DNA of 64,000 nt from Candidatus Sysuimicrobium tengchongense (GCA_031460175.1 JAVKGW010000001.1:403021-467020); one strand, 5' to 3'. Shown: positions 27,677 to 36,790, counted from the stretch's first letter. Notes: a model not told the origin generated them from the sequence alone. Made by a program: numbers and translations.

Positions 27677-29571
27677 GGTGTCCCGACTCCTCCGGCCCGG
27701 TCTTGGAACCGCAGACTGCTCAGGACCGCGTTCGGCGCGAGCTGCCCCAGCCCGCAGATGGAGGCGTCCCGCATCACCTGGGCGAGGTCCTCCAACAGGG
27801 CCCGCAGCTCCGGGTCCGCCCGGCCGCCCCTGCGCCGCATCTCGGCCACCAGCTCCAGCTGCCGCTGGGTCCCCACCCGGCAGGGGACGCACTGGCCACA
27901 GGACTCCTCCCGGAAGAACCGTGCGATGCGCTCCACCACCGCCCACAGGTCCGCCCGCTCGTCGAAGACCACGAGGGCCCCCGAGCCCAAGGTGGCTCCG
28001 ATGGCCTGGAGGGTCTCCACCGCCAGCGGGGTGTCGAGTTCCTCGGGCCGGAGGAAGGTCCCCGCCGCGCCGCCGCAGAGCACCGCCCGGATCCGCCGGC
28101 CCCCGGGCACACCTCCCGCGAGCTCCTCCAGGACCGTGCGGATGGGGGTGCCGAAGGTGACCTCATAGACCCCGGGACGGGCCACGTGCCCGCTCACGCA
28201 GACCAGCTTGGTGCCCTTGGAGCGCTCGGTCCCCAACCCCGCGTACCACGCACCGCCCCGCACGAGGATGGAAGGGACCGAGGCCAGGGTCTCCACGTTG
28301 TTGATGACCGTGGGACGTCGGAACAACCCCACCTGGGTGGGAAACGGCGGCCGGTTCCTGGGCTCGCCCCGGAACCCCTCGATGGAATTGAAGAGGGCCG
28401 TCTCCTCCCCGCAGACGTAGGCCCCGGCCCCACGGCGGACCTCGATGTCGAAGGAGAACTCCGTCCCCAGGATCCGCTCCCCCAGATATCCCGCGGCCCG
28501 GGCCTCCTCCAGGGCCTGCATGAGGGTCCGGAACGCTTCCGGATACTCCCCCCGGACGTAGATGTACCCCCGCTCGGCCCCGACCGCGTATCCCGCGATG
28601 GTGAGCCCCTCGATCACCGCGAAGGGGTCCTTCTCGAGGAGGACCCGGTCCTTGAAGGTCCCGGGCTCGCTCTCGTCCGCGTTGCAGACCACGTACCGGG
28701 GAGGTGCTTCCCGGGCCGCCAGGGCCCACTTCCGGCCCGTGGGGAAGGCGGCCCCGCCCCGCCCGATGAGCCCCGAGCGCTCCACCTCCTGGATGGTGGC
28801 CTCCGGCCCGATCTCGAGGGCCCGTTCCAGCCCCCGATATCCGCCGGCCGCCCGGTAGTCCTCCAGGGACGTGGGCACCACCCGGTCGCACCGGGCCAGG
28901 AGCAGGGGCGTCCCTTCTCCTCTCCATCCCAGGTAAGTGGGAGGGGACGCGGGTCCGGCCGGACCTTCCTCTCCCCGCAACCACGCCCGCACCCGCTCCT
29001 CCAGCGCCTCCGGGGTGAGCCCCAGGAGCACGCCCTCTCCCACCAGGGCCGCCGCGCCCCGGTCGCACTGGCCGAGGCAGGGCGAGCGGCTCCAGCCCAG
29101 GGGCGGGACGGAACCCACGGGCGATGCCGGCCCGTGGGGAAGGGGGCTTTGGGCGTACGTCTCTCCGTGGGCGGGCTCGTGGACGGGGCTCCCAAGGTGC
29201 CGGTAGAGGGTCTGTGCGAGCGCTTCCGCGCCGCGGAGCATGCAGGCGATGTCGTCGCAGAGGTGGATCACCCGGGGTGGCCGGGGCTCGGTGGCGAGGA
29301 GCGCGTAGAAGCTCGCCACCCCGTACACCTCCGCCACCGGCAGCCCCAGCTCCCGGCAGATGGCTGCAGCCGCCGGGTAGGAGATCCAGCCCCGTGCCTC
29401 CTGCACGGCCCACAGGGCCGGAAGCAGCAGGTCCCGGCGGCCCACGCGCTCCTCCGGCCGCAGGTGCCCCCAGACCCGCTCCAGGGCCTGCTGCTCTTCA
29501 GGGGTAGGCGGAGGTACGTGCTCCAGCCGCTGGAGCTCCACGCCCCATCCGCGGAGCGGGGCCGCGCTCAT
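27673..29571 (-). CDS. NAD(H)-binding formate dehydrogenase subunit, NuoE-like + NuoF-like fusion
   Basis: N-terminal half is a NuoE/thioredoxin-like 2Fe-2S domain (CDDIACMLRGA...C..C). C-terminal half is NuoF (GRGGAAFPTGRKW, ESCGQCVPCR). ATGA overlap at both ends. The first ~530 aa of the 1161-aa track ORF are spurious. Confidence 0.85.
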   Translation of the reverse strand: MSAAPLRGWGVELQRLEHVPPPTPEEQQALERVWGHLRPEERVGRRDLLLPALWAVQEARGWISYPAAAAICRELGLPVAEVYGVASFYALLATEPRPPRVIHLCDDIACMLRGAEALAQTLYRHLGSPVHEPAHGETYAQSPLPHGPASPVGSVPPLGWSRSPCLGQCDRGAAALVGEGVLLGLTPEALEERVRAWLRGEEGPAGPASPPTYLGWRGEGTPLLLARCDRVVPTSLEDYRAAGGYRGLERALEIGPEATIQEVERSGLIGRGGAAFPTGRKWALAAREAPPRYVVCNADESEPGTFKDRVLLEKDPFAVIEGLTIAGYAVGAERGYIYVRGEYPEAFRTLMQALEEARAAGYLGERILGTEFSFDIEVRRGAGAYVCGEETALFNSIEGFRGEPRNRPPFPTQVGLFRRPTVINNVETLASVPSILVRGGAWYAGLGTERSKGTKLVCVSGHVARPGVYEVTFGTPIRTVLEELAGGVPGGRRIRAVLCGGAAGTFLRPEELDTPLAVETLQAIGATLGSGALVVFDERADLWAVVERIARFFREESCGQCVPCRVGTQRQLELVAEMRRRGGRADPELRALLEDLAQVMRDASICGLGQLAPNAVLSSLRFQDRAGGVGTP

Positions 29572-31553
29572 CGGGCGATCTCCCTCCCGACCCCCACCGC
29601 GACCCGCTGCGTTCGGAGGGGCTCCACCCGGACCGCGGTGGCCTTGAACTCCGCGGTCCCGGACTTGGGATCCGCGGCGTCCACGGTCAGGAAGTTGGTC
29701 GGGGTCTTCTCGGGGAAGTGCAGGGTCATGAAGCACATCCCGGGCGGGACCGTGGACTCCACCCAGGCGGTCGCCTCCACGGACCCTCTCCGGGAAAAGA
29801 CCCGCACGCGGTCCCCGGAGGAGATGCCGTAACGCCTGGCGTCCGCGGGGTTGAGCACCAGGTACTCTTCCTGGGGGACGGGCGTTCTGTACAGGGCCGT
29901 CTGCACGCCCGTGTTGAAGAAGTAGAGCCTGCGCCCGGTGGTGAGCAAGAGCGGGTAGTCCTCGTTCACCTCGTCCACGGGCGGTTCGTAGTGGGTGGGC
30001 ATGAAGGGCGCCCGGGGGCCTTCCACCGGACGCTTCCACAGCCGGCTGTGCAGGAACTGCTCCCCGGGGTGGTCCTCGCTCGGGCAGGGCCACTGGATCC
30101 CGCCGAGCTCCTCCAGGCGGCGGTAACTCATGCCCCGGTGCAGCGGCGAGAGCGCCCGCACCTCGTTCCACACCGCCTCCGCATCGGGGTAGTTCCAGTC
30201 CCGTCCGAGCCGCCGGGCGAGCTGCTGGAGGATCCAGAGGTCGTCCTTCGCTTCCCCGGGAGGCTCGAGGGCCTTGCGGACGCGCTGCACCCGCCGCTCG
30301 CTGTTGGTAACGGTCCCCTCGGACTCGCACCAGGCCGCGGCCGCGGGAAAGACCACGTCCGCGAGCTCGCCCGTGGCGGTGAGAAAGATGTCCTGCACCA
30401 CCAGGAACTCGAGCTCTTGGAACAGCCGGAGGATGCGGGTGGCGTTGGCGTCCGAGCGCACGGGGTTCTCGCCGATGACGTACAGGCCCCGGAGGAGGCC
30501 CTTCTCCATCGCGTCGTACATGGCCGTCAGGTGCCAGCCCGCCTTGGGCGGGATGGAGCAGTCCCAGGCCCGCTCGAACCGGGCCCGCACCTCCGGGTCC
30601 TCCACGTTCTGGAACCCCACGAGCCGGTTGGGGAGGGCCCCCATGTCGCCTCCCCCCTGGACGTTGTTCTGGCCCCGCAGGGGGTTGAGGCCGGACCCGT
30701 AGCGGCCCACGTGGCCCGTGAGCAGCGCGAGGTTGATCAAACTGAAGACGGTGTCCACCGCGTTGTGGTGCTCCGTGATCCCCAGGGTCCAGCAGATCAT
30801 GGCGCGGGGGGCAGTGGCGTACTCCCGGGCCGTGGCCGCGATGAGCTCCCGGGGGACTCCCGTGACGGCCTCCGCGTATTCCAGGGTGTAGGGTTCCACC
30901 GCCTCCCGGTACCGCTCGAATCCCTCCGTGGCCTCCCGGACGAACTCCTCGTTGACGAGCCCCTCCTCGATGATCAGCCGGCCCATGGCGTTCGCGAGGG
31001 CGATGTCCGTGCCCACCCGCACGGGGAGCCACCGGTGGGCGAAGGCCACGCTCGAGGTTCGCCGGGGATCGATGACCACAAGGCGCGCGCCGTTCCGCAC
31101 GCCCTTGAGCATGTGCAAGAACATCACCGGGTGGGTCTCCCGGGCATTGGACCCCCACAGGAGGATGAGGTCCGTCTCCTCCATCTCCCGGTAGGAGTTG
31201 GTCCCTCCGCCCGCGCCGAACACCGCCGCCAGACCGGCGACGCTGGGGGCGTGTCAGGTGCGGTTGCAGCTATCGACGTTGTTCGAGCCCATCACCTGGC
31301 GCGCGAACTTCCCGGCCAGGTAGTTGAGCTCGTTGGTGGACTTGGAGCAGCTGAACAGCCCGAAGCCCTGGCCTCCGTACCGCTCCCGGATGCGCCGCAG
31401 CCCTTCGGCGGCCCGGTCCAGGGCCTCCTCCCAACTGGCCCGGACCAGCCGTCCGTCCTTGCGCACCAGGGGGTAGGTGAGGCGCACGTCCGGGCCCGGG
31501 AGATCTCCCCGATCGTTCCCCAGGGGGACCCTCGGAGTTGCCACCGCGCTCAC
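29568..31553 (-). CDS. Formate dehydrogenase alpha subunit, Mo-bisPGD catalytic fragment, selenocysteine-containing (in-frame TGA at 31254-31256)
   Basis: Reading through the TGA gives ...GSNNVDSCNRT-U-HAPSVAGL..., which matches E. coli FdhF around U140 (NNVDCCARV-U-HGPSVAGL). The rest is collinear with FdhF through the C-terminal cap domain. GTG start ~31544-31553 after GGAGAGGGGG. Confidence 0.8.
31224..31253 (-). promoter_or_regulatory. Bacterial SECIS hairpin immediately 3' of the Sec UGA
   Basis: UGA-CACGCCCCCAG-CGUCGCC-GGUCU-GGCGGCG forms a 7-bp stem with a GGUCU apical loop. Spacing and loop resemble the fdhF SECIS (UGACACGGCCCAUCGGUUGCAGGUCUGCAC). Confidence 0.6.
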
Positions 31554-31621
31554 CCCCTCTCCGCCGATTCGTGGGGCTGGAGCAAGCGTACCACCGCCGG
31601 CGCGGTTCGGAAAAGGGCCCC

Positions 31622-32974
31622 TTATAGACCGCCGAAAGCCAGGCCCGCGAGGATCCCTGCCAGGAACACCGTCCCCGCAAGGAACGCACAGGGCCGGTAG
31701 TCCCCGAGGGCCATCCCCACCACCGCGAGGCTCGGCAGGCTCACCGCGGGCAGGGTGAGCAGCAGCGCGGCCGCAGGCCCCGTGATTCCTTGCTGGATGA
31801 GCGGCCTCGCCACCGCGAGCTCGGTCCAGGTGGGGATCATGAGCAGGGTTCCCGCCGCCGCGGCTTTGAGGGTGCTCGGGAGGTCGTTGCGGCCCGCGAA
31901 GGAGACGATCACGGGGGCGAGCGCCCCCGTGAGGACCGCGGCCAGGAAGAGCACGGGGATCGCGACCCGGGCCAGCCGCCACGAGGTCCGGAGCCAGGCC
32001 GTCACCAGGGTGGCGGGGGTGCGGGCATCGCCCTCCGCGAGCCCCTGCTCCAGCGCGAAAAGGCGCGCGAGACGGTCCATCCAGGGACTTGGACGGTAAG
32101 CGACCACGCGCCCGGAAGTCCGAAGGACCCGCAAGACGAGGTGCGTCCCGAACACCGCGAGCACCACCCCGCCGAGGATGCGCAGCAGCGCGTACGGCGC
32201 GGGCAGTAGGGCGGTGGCGAGCACGAGGGTGGTGAGGTTCAGCATGGGGGAAGCCACGAGGAAGGAGAGCAGGGCGTCCAGACTTGTGCCCGCCCGGGAA
32301 AGGCTCGCGCCCACCGGGCCCGCGCAGCAGGAGCAAAAAGGATACGGGAGGGCGAGGAGGGAGCCGGCCACGTGGGCCCGCAATCCCCCGGCGCGCAGCA
32401 TCCCCTCCAGCCACTCGAATGCTCCGGCGCGCAGCAGCACGAGCAGCAGCCCCCCGATCAGGATCCCCAGGGTGGTGGCGTGCCATGTCACCAGCAGGTA
32501 GTTCACCGCCTCCGCCACCGGCCGCGCCCAGCCCGGGAAGGACGGGACCGGGAACGCGAAACTCACCCCCAGATGCCCCGCGTGGGCGATGCGCGCCGCC
32601 TGCACGCCCCGGTACACGAAGAGATCCACCACCAGCGCCACGAGCAGCACCCCCGCGGTGACGTTCCGGGCCCGCGGGAGATCCACGCCCGCGGCCAGGG
32701 CCCTGCGCTCTCCACGGGCGAGGGCCCGATGCAACCCCACGCTCCCGAGGAGTGCCGCAGAAAGCAGCAGGAGGTGGATGGGGTGGAAGTAGAGGATCGC
32801 GGAGGGGGAACCCACCTTGGTGTAAAGGCTTGGGGGAAGGAGAAACCCCCGCCGCAGATCCACCACGGTGAACAGCAAAAGTCCCACGAACCCCAGGAAC
32901 ACCCCGAGAATCAGGGAGTACCGGGATGCGACGGGCCGCCCCTTCGCGTAGGAACCGGCCTCCACGGACGCCAT
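31622..32974 (-). CDS. DUF318/UPF0718-type permease with CxxCC motif
   Basis: 450 aa with ~10 TM helices and a PFCSCCAGP motif. Co-directional, 68 bp upstream of the FDH catalytic gene. Confidence 0.6.
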   Translation of the reverse strand: MASVEAGSYAKGRPVASRYSLILGVFLGFVGLLLFTVVDLRRGFLLPPSLYTKVGSPSAILYFHPIHLLLLSAALLGSVGLHRALARGERRALAAGVDLPRARNVTAGVLLVALVVDLFVYRGVQAARIAHAGHLGVSFAFPVPSFPGWARPVAEAVNYLLVTWHATTLGILIGGLLLVLLRAGAFEWLEGMLRAGGLRAHVAGSLLALPYPFCSCCAGPVGASLSRAGTSLDALLSFLVASPMLNLTTLVLATALLPAPYALLRILGGVVLAVFGTHLVLRVLRTSGRVVAYRPSPWMDRLARLFALEQGLAEGDARTPATLVTAWLRTSWRLARVAIPVLFLAAVLTGALAPVIVSFAGRNDLPSTLKAAAAGTLLMIPTWTELAVARPLIQQGITGPAAALLLTLPAVSLPSLAVVGMALGDYRPCAFLAGTVFLAGILAGLAFGGL

Positions 32975-33079
32975 CGAGCCACCTCCTCAGGAAATCTCGG
33001 GAATCCTCCTAAGCCTCTTCTGCGGGCATAAGTAAAATTCCTTGACAACTTTAGTTTCGAATTTTTACCTATATTCGAG

Positions 33080-33961
33080 ATGCTGGACTCCCTGCGGATC
33101 TTTCGGCTGGTGGCCACCTCCCGGAGCTTCACGGAGGCGGCCCGCCAGGCAGCCCTCACCCGCCCCGCGGTGAGCCAGCACATCCGGCGGCTGGAGCGCC
33201 TGTTCGGCACCCGGCTGCTGGTGCGCACCACCCGCCGGGTAGAGCTCACGGAGGCCGGCCGGGTGCTGCTGGAGCATGCGGAGAGGGTTCTGGAGGAGGT
33301 GGCTCGGCTGGAGAGCGCCATGAGGGATCTGAGCCCCCGGCGCACGGCCCCGCTCCTCGTAGGCGCGAGCACCCTTCCCGGCGAGTACCTGCTTCCGGGG
33401 GCCCTTCTGGCGTTCCGGGACCGGTTCCCCGAGACCGAGGTGCGGGTGTGGATCGGGGACACGGAGGCGGTGGTGGGGTGGGTCCGGACCGGGCAGGTGG
33501 AGCTGGGGTTCGTGGGCCAGCCCCCGGCAGGACCTGAGCTCGTGGTAGAGCCGGTGGTGGAGGACGAGATCGTGCTGCTGCTCCCTCCGGGCTACACCGC
33601 GCCGGATCCGCTCGACGTGGAGGCCCTTACCCGGATCCCCCTCGTGCTCCGGGAGCCGGGCTCCGCGACCCGGGCAACCCTGCTGGCCGCGCTCGAGCGG
33701 GCGGGCGTAAGGCCCGACCGGCTCCGGGTGGTGGGGCAGCTGGGGAGCCCGGAGGCGGTGAAGGCCGCGGTGCGGGCCGGGGTGGGTGCCGCGTTCCTCT
33801 CCCGGTTCTGTCTCCGTCCGGGGGAGGGGCCCGCGGTGCGGGTACAGGGGCTTTCCCTGCGGCGGTGGGTGTGCGCGTGCTGGCACAGGGCCCGTCCCCC
33901 GGATCGCTTTGCCCAAGCGCTCATCGATTTCCTACGGGCGTCCGCGGTTCCGGAGGGCTGA
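33080..33961 (+). CDS. LysR-family transcriptional regulator
   Basis: N-terminal LysR HTH (FTEAARQAALTRPAVSQHIRRLE) plus a substrate-binding domain. Divergent from the permease/FDH genes across an AT-rich 105-bp region. Confidence 0.85.
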   Translation: MLDSLRIFRLVATSRSFTEAARQAALTRPAVSQHIRRLERLFGTRLLVRTTRRVELTEAGRVLLEHAERVLEEVARLESAMRDLSPRRTAPLLVGASTLPGEYLLPGALLAFRDRFPETEVRVWIGDTEAVVGWVRTGQVELGFVGQPPAGPELVVEPVVEDEIVLLLPPGYTAPDPLDVEALTRIPLVLREPGSATRATLLAALERAGVRPDRLRVVGQLGSPEAVKAAVRAGVGAAFLSRFCLRPGEGPAVRVQGLSLRRWVCACWHRARPPDRFAQALIDFLRASAVPEG

Positions 33962-33998
33962 GCCGGCTATAATGGGGCAGACGGACTCAGGGGGTGAT

Positions 33999-35552
33999 GG
34001 TGTGGCCCTCCCGGAATTCCGGAACGAGCCCTTGATTGACTTCACCCAGGAGCCGAACCGGCAGCGCATGCGCGAGGCCCTGGCCGGGGTGGAGGCAAGG
34101 CTCGGTCTGGAGCTTCCGATCGTGGTCGGCGGGGAGCGCATCCGGGTGTCGGAGAAGTTCGAGTCCCGGAATCCTTCCGAGAAGACCGAGGTGGTGGCCC
34201 TGGCCCAGAGGGCCACCCCGGAGCACGTGGACCGGGCCGTGGAGGCCGCCTGGCGGGCCTTCCCGGCCTGGAGGCGGGTCCCGCCCGAAGAGAAGGCGGC
34301 CCTGTTTTTGCGGGCCGCGGAGCTGCTGCGCCGCCGCAGGTTCGAGGCCGCGGCCTGGATGGTCTACGAGGTCGGGAAGAACTGGGTTGAGGCGGACGCG
34401 GACGTGGCGGAAGCGATTGACCACCTGGAGTACGACGCCCGGGAGATCCTCCGCTACGCGGAAGGGAAGCCCACCACCCCGCATCCGCAGGAGGTCTCGT
34501 ACTACACGTACGAGCCGCTGGGCGTGGTGGCGGTGATCCCGCCGTGGAACTTCCCCCTCGCGATCCCCATGGGCATGGCACTCGGAGCCCTCGCTGCGGG
34601 GAACACCGTGGTCCTCAAGCCCAGCAGCGACGCACCCGCCACCGTCTACACCTTCCTGGAGGTCATGGAGGAGGCGGGGTTACCGCCCGGGGTGCTGAAC
34701 ATCGTCACGGGCTCAGGATCCACGGTGGGAGACGCCCTCGTCACGCATCCCCGGGTGCGGATGGTGGCGTTCACCGGCTCGCGCGAGGTGGGCTGCGCGA
34801 TCTACGAGCAGGCGGCGAAGGTACGGCCGGGGCAAGCGTGGCTCAAGCGGGTGATCGCAGAGATGGGCGGGAAGAACGCGGTGGTGGTGGACGAGGCGGC
34901 GGATTTGGAGGAGGCCGTGGCCGCCGCGGTGGTCTCGGGCTACGGGTATCAGGGGCAGAAGTGCTCCGCGGGCTCGCGCCTGGTGGTCACGCATTCGGTC
35001 TACGACCGGGTCCTGGAGGCCTTCGTGGAGCGGGTGCGGGCTTTGGAGGTGGGTCCCGCGAAGGACAATTATCCCGTGGGGCCCGTGATCAACGAGCGGG
35101 CCTACCAGACCATCCTGGACTACATCGGGATCGGCAAGCGCGAAGGCCGCTTGATGTGCGGCGGAGAACCCGCAGGCGGTGAAGGGTACTACATCCAGCC
35201 CACGGTGTTCGCGGACGTGGATCCCCACGCCCGCATCGCCCAGGAGGAGATCTTCGGCCCCGTGGTGGCCGTGATCCGGGCCCGGGACTTCGACCACGCC
35301 TTGGAGATCGCGAACAGCACCCAATACGGGCTCACGGGCGCGGTGTTCACCCGCGATCCCGACCGCATCGCCCGGGCCCGGGCGGAGTTCCACTGCGGGA
35401 ACCTCTACATCAACCGGAAGTGTACGGGCGCCCTCGTGGGCGTGCATCCCTTCGGCGGGTTCAACATGAGCGGCACGGACGCGAAGGTCGGCGGCCCCGA
35501 CTACCTCCTGCACTTCCTGCAGCCCAAGGTGACCAGCATCAAGTTCCGGTAG
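33999..35552 (+). CDS. pruA: 1-pyrroline-5-carboxylate (L-glutamate gamma-semialdehyde) dehydrogenase
   Basis: ALDH superfamily with catalytic EMGGKN...CSAG and an N-terminus like Thermus P5CDH (EFRNEPLIDF). A TATAAT box at 33967-33972 precedes a GTG start with a GGGGGT Shine-Dalgarno. The ORF-track start at 33786 is upstream read-through. Confidence 0.8.
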   Translation, partial: GVALPEFRNEPLIDFTQEPNRQRMREALAGVEARLGLELPIVVGGERIRVSEKFESRNPSEKTEVVALAQRATPEHVDRAVEAAWRAFPAWRRVPPEEKAALFLRAAELLRRRRFEAAAWMVYEVGKNWVEADADVAEAIDHLEYDAREILRYAEGKPTTPHPQEVSYYTYEPLGVVAVIPPWNFPLAIPMGMALGALAAGNTVVLKPSSDAPATVYTFLEVMEEAGLPPGVLNIVTGSGSTVGDALVTHPRVRMVAFTGSREVGCAIYEQAAKVRPGQAWLKRVIAEMGGKNAVVVDEAADLEEAVAAAVVSGYGYQGQKCSAGSRLVVTHSVYDRVLEAFVERVRALEVGPAKDNYPVGPVINERAYQTILDYIGIGKREGRLMCGGEPAGGEGYYIQPTVFADVDPHARIAQEEIFGPVVAVIRARDFDHALEIANSTQYGLTGAVFTRDPDRIARARAEFHCGNLYINRKCTGALVGVHPFGGFNMSGTDAKVGGPDYLLHFLQPKVTSIKFR

Positions 35553-35568
35553 TATCGTAGAGGACGGT

Positions 35569-35643
35569 GGGGACGTAGCTCAGCGGGAGAGCACCTGGTT
35601 TGCAACCAGGGGGTCGCCGGTTCGAATCCGGTCGTCTCCACCA
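35569..35643 (+). tRNA. tRNA-Ala(UGC)
   Basis: GGGGACGTAGCTCAGCGGGAGAGCACCTGGTTTGCAACCAGGGGGTCGCCGGTTCGAATCCGGTCGTCTCCACCA, with the G3:U70 Ala identity pair, anticodon TGC and an encoded CCA. It lies 17 nt downstream of the pruA stop. Confidence 0.9.
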
Positions 35644-35674
35644 GCCGAAACCCGCACGCGACCGGAGGGTTCCC

Positions 35675-36055
35675 GTGATCCGAGGCCTGGACAACATCGG
35701 GGTGGCTGTCTCCGAGGTGCGCCGGGCGGTCTCCTTCTACCAGCTGCTGGGGTTCCAGCCCGACTACGTCACGGAGGACTCCGCCTTCCTCCGGGCAGAG
35801 GGCGTGGCGCTGTACCTGTTCCGCACGGAGGCTCCTCCTCCGCCCTCCCGCTCCTTTGACCTCACGGGAAATCCCCTGGGGCTGGACCACCTGAGCTTCC
35901 GGGTGGACGACGTGGACGCCGCCTGCGCCGCTCTCCGGGATCTCGGGGTCACCATCGAGCGGCCGCCCCGGGACTACGAGTGGGGTGCCCGGGCCGCCTG
36001 CCTGCGGGATCCGGACGGGAACTGCATCTGGCTGCTGCAGCGCCGGTCCCCGTAG
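35675..36055 (+). CDS. VOC/glyoxalase-family protein
   Basis: 126 aa from the GTG after a GGAGGG Shine-Dalgarno. Glyoxalase fold motifs (GLDNIGVAV, DHLSFRVDD). The ORF-track start at 35600 lies inside the tRNA and is spurious. Confidence 0.65.
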   Translation: MIRGLDNIGVAVSEVRRAVSFYQLLGFQPDYVTEDSAFLRAEGVALYLFRTEAPPPPSRSFDLTGNPLGLDHLSFRVDDVDAACAALRDLGVTIERPPRDYEWGARAACLRDPDGNCIWLLQRRSP

Positions 36056-36059
36056 CGGC

Positions 36060-36749
36060 TCACGGCCCGGATTCCACAGGGTGTGCCACCACCTTATTGC
36101 GCCCAGCTTCCTTGGCCCGGTACAGGGCCGCATCCGCCCGGCGCACGAGGGTCCCCAGGTTGTCGGTGGGACGGAACGCCGCGACCCCGAAGCTGGCGCT
36201 CACCGGGCCGAACTCCGTCACCAGAGAGGCGATCTCCCGCCGGAGCCGCTCCGCCAGCTCGAGAGCACCCCGCAGCGGGGTCTCCGGGAGCAGGAGCAGG
36301 AACTCCTCCCCGCCCCACCGGGCCAGGGAATCCGAGGGGCGGATCGCGCCCTGCACGGTCCGGGCCACGCTCACCAGCACCCGGTCTCCCGCACCGTGCC
36401 CGTAGCGGTCGTTGATCCGCTTGAAGTGGTCCACGTCGAAGAGCACCACGCTCAGGGGGTGCCCGTAGCGCCGGTGCCGCTCCGCCTCCACATCGAAGGC
36501 GATAAAGATCCCCCGCCGGTTCAATAGACCCGTGAGAGGATCCGTGTTCGCCCGGACCCTCTCGGCCACCAGCTGCCCTTTCACGAGGGAGAGGATCTGA
36601 AGCCATGCGATGAGGGCGACGGCAAACGCCTCCATTCGGAGGAAGGCCACCACGAGGGGCCAGTAGATGGTCGGCCGCACCAGGAAGGGGAGGGAGACGA
36701 GGTAGACCACCAGGTACGCCCTGCGCTTGATGTGCTCCAGCGCCTCCAT
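36060..36749 (-). CDS. Diguanylate cyclase (2 TM + GGDEF)
   Basis: GGDEF domain with an intact GGEEF active site (RWGGEEFLLLL). Confidence 0.75.
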   Translation of the reverse strand: MEALEHIKRRAYLVVYLVSLPFLVRPTIYWPLVVAFLRMEAFAVALIAWLQILSLVKGQLVAERVRANTDPLTGLLNRRGIFIAFDVEAERHRRYGHPLSVVLFDVDHFKRINDRYGHGAGDRVLVSVARTVQGAIRPSDSLARWGGEEFLLLLPETPLRGALELAERLRREIASLVTEFGPVSASFGVAAFRPTDNLGTLVRRADAALYRAKEAGRNKVVAHPVESGP

Positions 36750-36790
36750 GGCTGGCGGGCCCTAGGGGCAGCTGGAGGACCACGCGCCCC

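Noticed and set aside
29572-31158. N-terminal ~530 aa of the 1161-aa minus-strand ORF 27673..31158
   Set aside because: It is a different frame of the region encoding the Mo-bisPGD FDH fragment and the sequence is G/R/P-rich nonsense. The real gene (NuoE-F fusion) begins at the internal ATG overlapping the FDH stop.
31557-32486. 5' ~310 aa of minus-strand ORF 31254..32486
   Set aside because: Only its last ~100 aa, upstream of the Sec TGA, belong to the FDH catalytic fragment. The upstream part overlaps the DUF318 permease in another frame and is compositionally junk.
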